Source of the DNA: Candidatus Zhuqueibacterota bacterium
Lineage (GTDB): Bacteria; Zhuqueibacterota; Zhuqueibacteria; Thermofontimicrobiales; Thermofontimicrobiaceae
Assembly: GCA_049322915.1 (NCBI GenBank)
Contig: JBMOPW010000003.1
Location: 100,318-164,317, forward strand
Length of the DNA: 64,000 nucleotides
Reading direction: 5' to 3'
Below are positions 31,836-41,217 of the stretch, piece after piece. The translations under genes were made by a program, and so were the position numbers. Each line of letters begins with the position of its first letter. Position 1 is the stretch's first letter. The notes beneath the pieces were generated by a model, which saw only the letters and a list, made by a program, of their open reading frames with translations, was not told the DNA's origin and ran no database searches.

Positions 31836-31897
31836 CTAAATATCACCTCCCATTCTATCGGATTAGAGTGAGTTTTTTCGTTTGAACCGATTCATTA
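31752..31897. repeat. about 145-bp direct repeat, copy 2
   Basis: Matches 30002-30147; includes an orphan copy of the codons for NESVQTKKLTLIR-stop. Confidence 0.9.
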
Positions 31898-32958
31898 ACT
31901 ATACTTTTGCAAATTTGGATATTTTAGAAAACATCAATAAACTAAGGCACCAATTTAGTGAGGCTATCATGTTACCTTTTGTGAAGTATCCACAGTTCAT
32001 TGAAAGTGTCCTGCCGCGTTTTTCGCCATTTTACAAAACCACAACTCCGTCATTTTACTGAATATCTAACGGAGCCGATCGTATTGCCAAGCATCATGTC
32101 ACAGATGGTCTCTTGGTGATCGACGTTTCCGGCGTTCATAAAGAAGGTCACTGTATTGAATCGGCCAAATGAATTTGGGATCATTCCAAGCACTGCTTTG
32201 CATTAGAATATCCTAATGGAAACATTTTCTGGCGATGCCAAACATCTTGACATTGACAGTTGCGAGTTTTCCGGGACATCCTTCGTCACCGTGACCTGGT
32301 ATTCTTGGCATACACACTCTGGGAAATCGAGTCTTGCCTAGTCACGCTTTAAAATTGGATCAAGTTCAATGTTGCTACCGTCGGAATTAAAAGCCTTATG
32401 ATTACATGTGAACTGTTTCGGTCACCAATCTTTTGGGTCTAGTAATGTCAGCACACAGTGACAACCCGACCAACTACTTGCAAAAGCTTTTTTTCATAAC
32501 AGGCGATTGTGTTTCTATTTCTAATTTATGCAAAAGCATTGGTTTAATATAGCACTGAATTTAGCGGACGAGTTCGTATGAACTGGAAGCGAAAGCGCAT
32601 ATTTCCAGAAAGAAGATGAGGATGTGGGATTGTTTACTCTTAATAGAATTCATTTAACTGATGAGAATTTTTTGTATATTAAAATCTCCTATTAATATTT
32701 TAATTTTTATTCCTTTTGTTGATAAACACTTTTACGAATGCTTTAAATAGAAATTAAATGTGGCTGCAGTAATATGGAGTGAAGATAGTTAAGATAATAC
32801 AAAAATTCTAAAAGGCAAGCACTTTTTCAAAATATTTCCGATGTCAGGTCACTTGATTTTTGTGAAAATTTAAGAGGTTCAAAATAATGTTTGTAATAGC
32901 CATGAAATATTTTTATATTAGTGCGTTAGCATTCAATTAAAAGGGTGAGGTTACTATT

Positions 32959-33234
32959 ATGTCCATTCTTGGTTTTTTCATTTTGCTGATCGTGGCATCC
33001 ATCTGCGGAAGCATTGGAGCTGCATTGGCCGGGCGCAAAGGTCTGGGCTGCTTCACAAGCATCGTGCTGGGATTAATCGGGGCGCTCATCGGCACGTGGT
33101 TGAGTCGCGAACTTGGGGTGCACGACCTGCTCGTCATTCATCGCATTCCGATCTTATGGTCCATCGTCGGTTCAGCGGTGTTTGTTGCGCTGATTACTGC
33201 GCTGAGCGGGAATATGCGCACTTCCCGAAAATAA
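32959..33234 (+). CDS. GlsB/YeaQ/YmgE family (transglycosylase-associated) membrane protein
   Basis: Small hydrophobic protein, SIVLGLIGALIG and WSIVGSAVFV motifs. Confidence 0.85.
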   Translation: MSILGFFILLIVASICGSIGAALAGRKGLGCFTSIVLGLIGALIGTWLSRELGVHDLLVIHRIPILWSIVGSAVFVALITALSGNMRTSRK

Positions 33235-33356
33235 CCATTCATAAAATCGCTTCTTCATTCAGCATTGACAATTCACAATTAAAATAAAAGAAATTGTCAA
33301 TTGTGAACGACCCATTGCTGATTGTCAATGAAAAGCAGCGTCAACAGTGTTGGGAA

Positions 33357-34754
33357 TTACCCTTTTCTTTTCGCTGAATAAATATGGTTCAGCAAAAACA
33401 TGAACAGTGAAAATCCCAGCCCGGGGTAAATCGGTTCAATGCCGAAGAGATAAACGCCGGCATTGAATGATTTTGAAAAGACCCAAACGCCGGAGAGCAG
33501 AGCGCTGCCGACCATGGAGACGAGCACAAATTTTTTAGTCATCTTCAATGTTGGATAAAAACTGACGACCATGGGTACGACCAGCGCCGGGGTGCCGACG
33601 GAACCGATGTCCTTCCAGATTCGAACGACAGATTGTGCGGAATAGGCAATGAGCACGGCCAGCGCGCCGCTGAAAATCAGGCCGACCTGAGTGTAGGTGC
33701 GTATCTTCGATTCCGGCGCTCCGTTTTTGAGCCGCCAGAAGAAGTCTCTTCCGATCGTTGTTGCCGCAAGGAATGAGTAGCTATCGACAGTGGACATAAT
33801 CGTTGAGAGCAAGCCGGTGAGAAAGATTCCCAGCACGGCTGGCGGCAGCAGTTTTTGCCCCAGACTGATATACGCGGTGACCGGGTCTTTCAGATCCGGA
33901 AGAATCGCGCGCGCGTAAAGTCCGGTGAAGGTCGTCAAAAAATCAAAAAATATCCAGAACAGAATAGATACGAATATTCCCATCTGGGCCGTTCTCCCGG
34001 ACCTCGCTGCGAAGCAACGCTGGTAAAATCCGGGATCAATCAGCGTGACCAGCGCAATGAAAAACCACACGATAATGTATTGCGCTCCCTGGCCGCCATG
34101 CCAGATGAAATGGGATTGCGGCACATGCGATTGCAGAAATTCCATTCCGCCGTAATTCGCGTACGCCACCGGCAGAATGATCATGAAGCTGCCGAACATC
34201 AAGCCGAACTGAACATAGTCCGTGCGAACCACGGAGCGAAATCCCCCCACGACCACATAGCCCATGGACAACAGCGTCCCGGCGACTAACCCCCAGAACA
34301 GCGAGAGACCGAAGAAAAATTCCATGAGCACGGCCAGCATCAGGATGTAGGCGGCCGGCACGCTCATGATGAAGACAAACACAGCCCCAATCAGGGACAC
34401 TGTCCGGCCGTACGATCGCTCCAGATGATGCGGGATAGTGTACAATTCCAGTGAGCGCGCCTTTCGGGCCAGGAACATTCCGAAAAGCACGGCAGCGACG
34501 TAATAGGGGACGCCAAAGACAAGCCAGTTGGAAATTCCATAGGAATATGAAAATTCACCGACGCCGAGTATACCGCCGTACCAGGTTGTGACCAGCGTGG
34601 CCACAAACGCCGGCAGGGACAACTGCCTTCCGGCCAGCAGAAATTCACTTGCGCTGCTGCCGCGCTCTCTGCGGTACAACGTCAGCCCGATGCTCAGTAT
34701 AATCAGAAAATAGAGAATGACAATGCCCAAATCGATTGGATGTAATCGCTCCAT
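33357..34754 (-). CDS. sodium:solute symporter, probable thiamine/precursor transporter
   Basis: SSS motifs FLLAGR, ATLVTTWYGG, GGFRSVVRTD, YQRCFAA, IMSTVDSY; downstream of TPP riboswitches. Confidence 0.9.
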   Translation of the reverse strand: MERLHPIDLGIVILYFLIILSIGLTLYRRERGSSASEFLLAGRQLSLPAFVATLVTTWYGGILGVGEFSYSYGISNWLVFGVPYYVAAVLFGMFLARKARSLELYTIPHHLERSYGRTVSLIGAVFVFIMSVPAAYILMLAVLMEFFFGLSLFWGLVAGTLLSMGYVVVGGFRSVVRTDYVQFGLMFGSFMIILPVAYANYGGMEFLQSHVPQSHFIWHGGQGAQYIIVWFFIALVTLIDPGFYQRCFAARSGRTAQMGIFVSILFWIFFDFLTTFTGLYARAILPDLKDPVTAYISLGQKLLPPAVLGIFLTGLLSTIMSTVDSYSFLAATTIGRDFFWRLKNGAPESKIRTYTQVGLIFSGALAVLIAYSAQSVVRIWKDIGSVGTPALVVPMVVSFYPTLKMTKKFVLVSMVGSALLSGVWVFSKSFNAGVYLFGIEPIYPGLGFSLFMFLLNHIYSAKRKG

Positions 34755-34821
34755 TCGGCCCCAACCTGTTCCTTTCAGTTTCGGTCCATAGTTGCACTTA
34801 AACATTCGAAGTGACGCCCGA

Positions 34822-37308
34822 TCATAATGTCACTGCAAGCGCGATGTAATAATTCCGAGTCGCTGCCGGCCAGTATGCATCCACGCGATAGGGAGGCCAT
34901 CCGTCATAATAATTGTAGCCAAACGTCTCGTACAGCGAATTGAATACATTGTTCACCCAAAAACTGAACCGCGGTTTCACGTCGCCCACTCCGGGCAGAT
35001 CAATGCTGCCTCCCAGATTGATGACCGTGGAAGAAGCGACAGCCGCTTCTTCCGTGTTGGCAAAATCAATGTACTGTTTGCCGGTATGCAGCAGTTGTAT
35101 CCATGATTCCGCAATTCCAAATTTCACCACCACTTTTCCTTTGGCCTGAAAAATCGGGAAGGCAGGAATCGTCTTGCCGCTGTAGTCAGCGACGCCGCCA
35201 TAGCCGCTCCAGCCGATGGAGTCGCCGCGAAATTCCACAAAATGGTTGGTGGCAAGCGACAGGTTGCTGTTGAACGACAGCCAATGCATTGGCTCAGCGC
35301 GAAGGGACAGTTCCACTCCCTGATGAATCGTTTTGGGGACATTGGCGTGAAGGACGTCGTCGGCGTCGAAATAACGATACCACACCGGGATCAATTCATC
35401 CTTGAAAACCATGCGATACAGATTCAATTTGAACAGAAGCCTGTCCAATTCCAGGGACAGGCCGCTTTCATAATCGAGGAGAAATTCCTCTTTGGTGAGC
35501 GGAGCAGCGTAAGCCGCGGTCAAATCTTTCAACGCCGGGACGCCATTGGGATCATCATGGTCGTAAATATCCGTGTCCGCTGGCTCCCGATGAGCGGTCG
35601 CCGCATTGGCAAAAACAGACAAAGAGGAATTGATGTCATAATGAATCCCCACATGGTAATCAAGAAAATCATACTTCAATTTATACTGATAGCCATTTTG
35701 AAACGCGCCCAGACGTTGCTGATCGAATTCATAGCGATGACCCAGGTACTTCGCATCGAAACTCATGTTCATTTTGGCCAGGGGCTGAAACGCGACATGG
35801 GCATAGACCGATGCGCTGTTTTTTCTGCTCTCGTCCAGATAATAGCGATGATTCTCCGGCACGTTCCAGCCGCCGTCTATTTCGACCACCTCGCCGAAAT
35901 GGTCTGCTCCATAAAATCGGGCGTCGCCGCCCACGGTCACAATCCATTTGGAAATCGTTTTGGAAAACTGACAGACGCCGCCCCGGTAGCCATTCTTCAG
36001 CCACTTCCGTTGTATCAATCCGATGGGTTGAGAATTGTCGCTCACAACATGCGTCAGATTGTACTTGTTCAGAAAATCAGGGACATCGTCACTATCGCCC
36101 TCTCCTTTGAATTGCTCATAATAACCGTCGCCGCGAACGTTGTACAGGATCAGGTTCAACAACCCGCCGCCCAGCTTTCGGGAGTGCTGCAACGAGACAA
36201 TCGATTGTGCAAACACATCTTTGTTGGCGTCGCGACGTCCGCCATTCCAGACCGGATCTGAGTAGAAATTGTAGCGCCGGTCCGTCTTGTCGTCGAGGTC
36301 ATAGCCGTAAAGCGGAATGATCCCCTCCCACGAAAACGCAGTCTCTTCTTCGCCCCAGATGGCCTCCAGCCGGGTCATGCTTGTGGATTTATTCGACTCG
36401 ATGCCGGCGTGAAACGATCGCTGCGTCGTGCCGCTCCCGAAGCGATACCCATCGCTATCCAGCCCACTGAATCGGCCATACACGTGAACGCCTTGCTCTT
36501 TCCAGACGCCGCCGGCATAGCTCAATGAATATTTATGACTGGGAGCATTTAATCCCTTATCGGTAAAATTTCCATAGCCGGTCGTGGCGGTGAAACCAGA
36601 TGGCAGTGATTGAAAATTGGTAGCCAGGTTTACGGCGCCGCCAAAGACTGAAGTCCCGTACAATGCATTGCCCACGCCGCGCTGAATTTGGATGTCGCTC
36701 GTTGCAGCCAGAATATCGCCATGATCGACCCAGTAGACCGCATGCGCTTCCGGGTCATTCAATGGAACGCCGTTGACAAACACGCCAATCCGATCCTGAG
36801 AAAATCCCCGAATTTTCAGATAGGTATAGCCAACGCCATTTCCGGCGTCGGAATAGGCGTACACACCGGGCTGGTCGGCCAGCACCATGGGAATGTCCTG
36901 GTGGTTGTAGCTCTGTCCGATGTCCTCGCGATTCAGCGTTGAAAAGGCAACCGGAGTCTCACCTTCAACGGCGCGCGTCGATTTAACGAGCACCTCTTCG
37001 AGGGTGATGATTGCCGGCGTCAGTTCAATCCTGCCGAGTGTGGGGCGATTTGCAGTCACAGATTGTTTCTCAAAACCAATGTGCGAAATCACCAGTGTCA
37101 CCGGCAATGCAGCGACTTTGATCCGAAAAGCGCCGGACTGGTTGGACGCGACTCCCATCTGCGTGCCTTCCACCAGCACAGCGGCATTCGTCACCGCAGT
37201 GTGCGTTGATTTCGAGACCAATCTTCCCTCGATAACAATGGGCTGCGCCTGTAGCGCCGTGCTCATCAAAAGCAGAGCAGTCAAAAAATAAAACATAAGT
37301 CGTTTCAT
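34822..37308 (-). CDS. TonB-dependent receptor, probable thiamine uptake
   Basis: Signal peptide, CarboxypepD_reg-like N-domain, plug (IRGF...VNGVPLNDPE...IQRGVG), C-terminal NNVFN...RNYY; TPP riboswitch control. Confidence 0.92.
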   Translation of the reverse strand: MKRLMFYFLTALLLMSTALQAQPIVIEGRLVSKSTHTAVTNAAVLVEGTQMGVASNQSGAFRIKVAALPVTLVISHIGFEKQSVTANRPTLGRIELTPAIITLEEVLVKSTRAVEGETPVAFSTLNREDIGQSYNHQDIPMVLADQPGVYAYSDAGNGVGYTYLKIRGFSQDRIGVFVNGVPLNDPEAHAVYWVDHGDILAATSDIQIQRGVGNALYGTSVFGGAVNLATNFQSLPSGFTATTGYGNFTDKGLNAPSHKYSLSYAGGVWKEQGVHVYGRFSGLDSDGYRFGSGTTQRSFHAGIESNKSTSMTRLEAIWGEEETAFSWEGIIPLYGYDLDDKTDRRYNFYSDPVWNGGRRDANKDVFAQSIVSLQHSRKLGGGLLNLILYNVRGDGYYEQFKGEGDSDDVPDFLNKYNLTHVVSDNSQPIGLIQRKWLKNGYRGGVCQFSKTISKWIVTVGGDARFYGADHFGEVVEIDGGWNVPENHRYYLDESRKNSASVYAHVAFQPLAKMNMSFDAKYLGHRYEFDQQRLGAFQNGYQYKLKYDFLDYHVGIHYDINSSLSVFANAATAHREPADTDIYDHDDPNGVPALKDLTAAYAAPLTKEEFLLDYESGLSLELDRLLFKLNLYRMVFKDELIPVWYRYFDADDVLHANVPKTIHQGVELSLRAEPMHWLSFNSNLSLATNHFVEFRGDSIGWSGYGGVADYSGKTIPAFPIFQAKGKVVVKFGIAESWIQLLHTGKQYIDFANTEEAAVASSTVINLGGSIDLPGVGDVKPRFSFWVNNVFNSLYETFGYNYYDGWPPYRVDAYWPAATRNYYIALAVTL

Positions 37309-37515
37309 TTTATCCTCCATCACGTGATGAAATTTTTTGAATAATTACCGCGGATGTCATCCAAACCGCTGCTGCACAAAGCGCCGGTTCCATGACTCGG
37401 GGAAACGAAGGAAGCGAACACCACTAGGGCGCGCGGTATTTTTTTATGCCGCAGATGCCGGCCTCCACCGTCTTCAAGCCACGGACCCTGTTTCATTCGA
37501 ACAGCGGTTCCAATT

Positions 37516-37548
37516 AAAAAAGCCGAATCCCAACGGGGAATTCGGCTT
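37516..37548 (-). terminator. intrinsic terminator (expression platform of proximal TPP riboswitch)
   Basis: Minus strand AAGCCGAATTCCC-CGTT-GGGATTCGGCTT followed by TTTT. Confidence 0.85.
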
Positions 37549-37576
37549 CAACTTCAAGGATGAAATCCTTGTAGCC

Positions 37577-37662
37577 ATTCCGAATCCCTACGCTAGTATT
37601 ATCCAGATCAGGTTCAAGGGTCTGCTCTCAGTTCCGTCATTCCCGGAACACCCCTTCGGAAT
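37577..37662 (-). ncRNA. TPP riboswitch aptamer (proximal)
   Basis: Minus strand GGGGTG...CTGAGAG...ACCCTTGAACCTGATCTGGATAATACTAGCGTAGGGA, closed by P1 TTCCGAA/TTCGGAA. Confidence 0.95.
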
Positions 37663-37832
37663 ATTTTCACTCGGTCTTATTTCATTGTCCTGCCGAGCGA
37701 TTGAAAAGACGCGTGCAAAAGATCAATATTGCTTTTCTCAAAATGGCATTGCGCATATCACAACTCCGGCCGGAGCGCTTGCTCACCATCGACAAATTGC
37801 AAAGCAGCTCGTCGGGCTCATCGCAGCAATGC

Positions 37833-37866
37833 AAAAAAAAATCGACCCGGCGAAATAGGATCGATT
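37833..37866 (-). terminator. intrinsic terminator (expression platform of distal TPP riboswitch)
   Basis: Minus strand AATCGATCC...GGGTCGATT followed by a long U-tract. Confidence 0.85.
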
Positions 37867-37888
37867 CTCAATTGAACTCATTGCTAAT

Positions 37889-37970
37889 TCCGAATCCCTC
37901 CGCTGGTATTAACCAGATCAGGTTCAAGGGTCTGCTCTCAGTTCCGCGATTCCCGGAACACCCCTTCGGA
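37889..37970 (-). ncRNA. TPP riboswitch aptamer (distal)
   Basis: Minus strand GGGGTG...CTGAGAG...ACCCTTGAACCTGATCTGGTTAATACCAGCGGAGGGA. Confidence 0.95.
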
Positions 37971-38094
37971 TGATTGTTTGTAATTTTAAACGTTGCTCAT
38001 TTTTTTCAGTTCCAACATCGGCTGTATAAAATCGGCGCGTTTTCAGGCATTGCCGATTGAACGGCCGTCAGGGAAACGTGCATCGAACAAGCCG

Positions 38095-39120
38095 TCAATG
38101 CAAAATCCGATTCAAATTATCAGGGCTGATTTTAAGCTTGCCGGCTTCGATATCCTTCACCATCGAAACCAGCCGCTGGTTAATGGTGACCGGCAGGTTG
38201 CGCACACTGGCCTTCTCCACAATATATCCGTTCAGGAAATCAATCTCCGTGGGTCGACCGCGTTGCAGCGATTGCAGCGAGGATGATTTCAGGCGACGGT
38301 ATTTCAGGCCAATTGCCACCAGAGTCAGATGTTTTTTGAGCAGTGAAAATGAGAATTTCGCCCGCGCCTCCTGCTCTGTTTTTACAAATTTATAGGGATC
38401 GATTTTACCACCGATCTTCTCCAATTTGATATTCAATGCATCGGCCACAGGCACGGCCTCCCGAAAAACTTCGAGGAAGATATCCCGCGCGACCTTCAAT
38501 TTTAATAAATCACCGAGATACAGGCCACTGATCGCGCCCAGCGTACTGATGCACGAGTTGATGATCAGCTTCGAAAAGAGCGCGCCGTAAATGTTGCTGC
38601 TGATTTCAACCGGGAGCACTTTTTCCAGCAGCGATTTGATGATCAGGATGCGTTGAGTCACTTCGCCATTCAACTCGCCCACAATGAACTCGCCGGTTGA
38701 GGTCAATACCAGCTTACCCGGATTGAGCATCGTCGCGCCCCAGCCGACAACACATCCGACCGTTCGTTCCGGCTTGACTATATCCGCTATGACGTCCTCG
38801 CAAATTCCGTTCTGCAGAGAAACCACCGCTGAATCTTCCTTGAGAAATGGCAATAACTTTTGGGTCACTTCGCGGACATCGGTCGCCTTGACAGCCAATA
38901 GCACAATATCCGGCTTCTTGTTCATCTGAGAAATATCCAGCACTGTATCCGGGTAGCTGATGATATTATTACTGATCCCTTCAATCCGAAGACCGTGGTT
39001 CTCGATCGCTTTGAGAATGCTTTTATGTTTACAGACCAATTGAATTTCGTAATGATGTTTGGAAAGATATCCCGCAATGATACCGCCAACTGCGCCAGCG
39101 CCAATGATAACAATATTCAT
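38095..39120 (-). CDS. panE: 2-dehydropantoate 2-reductase (ketopantoate reductase)
   Basis: IIGAGAVG, LAVKA, SLQNG, KLIIN, SSSLQSL.RGRPTEIDFLNG; AGGAGG RBS. Confidence 0.9.
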   Translation of the reverse strand: MNIVIIGAGAVGGIIAGYLSKHHYEIQLVCKHKSILKAIENHGLRIEGISNNIISYPDTVLDISQMNKKPDIVLLAVKATDVREVTQKLLPFLKEDSAVVSLQNGICEDVIADIVKPERTVGCVVGWGATMLNPGKLVLTSTGEFIVGELNGEVTQRILIIKSLLEKVLPVEISSNIYGALFSKLIINSCISTLGAISGLYLGDLLKLKVARDIFLEVFREAVPVADALNIKLEKIGGKIDPYKFVKTEQEARAKFSFSLLKKHLTLVAIGLKYRRLKSSSLQSLQRGRPTEIDFLNGYIVEKASVRNLPVTINQRLVSMVKDIEAGKLKISPDNLNRILH

Positions 39121-39236
39121 TACTCCTCCTAATTCATTTCCATCGCAGTATATGTGTTGCGACACTTCAGGATAACGGCTCTTCCACACGCACGCAGCTA
39201 CTGATCATTCCAGGCAAACCCGTATCGTGTTCCAAT

Positions 39237-39824
39237 TTATTTGTCTCCGGTTCTGGTAGAAGCAGCACTGAATCTGCCGGCTCCGATGAACCGACTTCGA
39301 AAATACGGTTCTTTGAGATCCGAAACCATCACGCCGTAATTTGTACTCGTATGAGCAAAAAAGGTCTTGTATAAAAAAATCCCAACATGGTCAACCGCGC
39401 TGTCCCGGTCGGATTGAAAGAACAATAAATCGCCCAATCTGACTTCTTTGACACCGATGCGCATGCAGTTAGCGTACATTTGGGAAGCGCTGCGCGGCAG
39501 CTCCAGAGTCATCCCTTCCTGATATACTTTCCAGACAAAACCGGAACAATCCATCCCTCGCCGGTCCGCGCCGCCATATTGATAGGGTGTACCCAAATAA
39601 TACCGCATCTGGTGAATCAGCCCCCGCATCGACATATCCCGATTGGTTCGCTCCAACTTCTGAAGTCGCAAGGAAGACTCGCGAAAGACGGCTGTTCTCG
39701 TAGGTGTGGATGACGTTGTTCGGCTAAACTTACCTGGAGGGGCGCATGAAACAGCACCAATAACTGCAACCAATATGAGGAACCGATACCTGCTTCGCAT
39801 TGTTCTACTCATTGTGATCAGCAT
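39237..39824 (-). CDS. NlpC/P60 family lipoprotein (peptidoglycan endopeptidase)
   Basis: Lipobox-like AVSC; LGTPYQYGG...MDCSGF...GDLLFF...HVGI. Confidence 0.9.
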   Translation of the reverse strand: MLITMSRTMRSRYRFLILVAVIGAVSCAPPGKFSRTTSSTPTRTAVFRESSLRLQKLERTNRDMSMRGLIHQMRYYLGTPYQYGGADRRGMDCSGFVWKVYQEGMTLELPRSASQMYANCMRIGVKEVRLGDLLFFQSDRDSAVDHVGIFLYKTFFAHTSTNYGVMVSDLKEPYFRSRFIGAGRFSAASTRTGDK

Positions 39825-40155
39825 TGGAGTGCATTATTGATTTCGACAAGGTGATTTTTGTATGCTTCATTTATCTGGCAACGCTAAAGTTATAGCAAAA
39901 TTGTTTAAATGTCAATCTTTTTTTTGTAATTCTATTTATTAATGCCTCTGAATATCGCCTCCATTTCAGTTGCTCTCAGCCAAAACATGGGTGTCGGGGT
40001 GCGTGTTCACCCTGCAAATACATGAGATTTCTGACAGGCCAGTTTTGGCGCACCGGCCAGTCGAAAGCCATTGTATTACCGTCATTTCTAAAAACTTGGA
40101 TGAGGCGATGCGGGCTATGGGGCCGCTGCCGAAGTGGTCAGCAAGTGAACTGGCG

Positions 40156-40189
40156 TGTCATCAAGTAGGACAGTGTATCACACTGTACA
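40156..40189. promoter_or_regulatory. putative enhancer-binding-protein UAS pair
   Basis: TGT-N11-ACA (40156-40172) and TGT-N10-ACA (40174-40189), about 100-130 bp upstream of a sigma-54 motif. Confidence 0.45.
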
Positions 40190-40283
40190 ATGAAAGCGCA
40201 GTTCATAACCATCGAGTTCACAGGGCGTACGCTTAACTTTTTATTTTTATTCATGTATTTCAATCCGGAGCCGATCAATTTGA

Positions 40284-40299
40284 TGGCATGATTTTAGCT
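40284..40299 (+). promoter_or_regulatory. putative sigma-54 (-24/-12) promoter
   Basis: TGGCATGATTTTAGCT has GG-N10-GC with TGGCA. Confidence 0.6.
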
Positions 40300-40821
40300 A
40301 CTTCAATTCAACACAACATCGTGATTTATTAACTTTTGCAATCGACAGGGGTTTAGCAGCACAGAGTCAGAAGCATTCAAAAAATACAAAGGATTGAAAC
40401 GCGCGATGCATCATCCAATCGATGTCACTTAAGTTAGTTTGATCGAACGCCCTGCTCTTGATTGATGCAGTCTGCACGAAAATTCAACATCTAAAACCAC
40501 GGTTAAAGACGCTGCATTCGTTGAGTGGGAAGGCTGGACAGCGCGATCTGCTCAGACAGGGAGTTACTTGATGAACGAATCCGTGCATCTCAGTGATTCA
40601 ATGAAGGATTCAAAAAAATACAGCGACAGTGTGAGACATTACGGGTCATAATTTTCGAGGGGATTTTCCAATTCAGTTAACCCTACAACGTCACTTAGAA
40701 TTATTAGTACAATATATCGTATTTTCTGACAACATAACATATAATATATTGTGCAGAACTTGCTAAATGACGTAGTAGGGTTAATTTCTACATCTTACTA
40801 TTCTAACAATGGAGTTGCACC

Positions 40822-41031
40822 GTGAAAGACATTCTGCTGATTGGCGAACTGGCTGAAGAGGATACAAATTTGGACCTGCTGTTCAAACGACCTGACTTTC
40901 GAATTTATAAAACAAATCGCCCGCTCAAGGCGATGAAAATGTTAGAAAAATGCACGCCTGATTTTTTTATGTGCACGGGAGAAATCAAGCAAACTCCGGA
41001 TGGAAAATATTATCTGCAATTGAACGAATAA
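40822..41031 (+). CDS. small hypothetical protein resembling the N-terminal half of a receiver domain
   Basis: GGAG RBS, GTG start; ILLIGE...KAMKMLEKCTPDFFMC pattern. Confidence 0.55.
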   Translation: MKDILLIGELAEEDTNLDLLFKRPDFRIYKTNRPLKAMKMLEKCTPDFFMCTGEIKQTPDGKYYLQLNE

Positions 41032-41217
41032 ATTGAATCAGGGCTGAAGCATAAACGGGTAATACTTCATTTCAATTTTTCTACTGCTATTTTCTTTGAT
41101 TTCATCACTGAAGAAACTTACCTTTATTTCAGTCTTCCAACTCTCGATTAGCGAAGCCAAAGAACAAGGTGACAGGCGCAGTCACTTCAAAAGCCCGGGT
41201 AATTTAATGGAGGATTC

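Noticed and set aside
31900..32520. Possible decayed gene upstream of the secreted-protein tandem
   Set aside because: Multiple stops in the frames examined and no recognisable family motif; cannot be supported without a homology search
37337..37973. 173-aa and 90-aa plus-strand ORFs sharing a peptide (IPNP...QIRFKGLLSVP)
   Set aside because: They are antisense translations of the duplicated TPP aptamers
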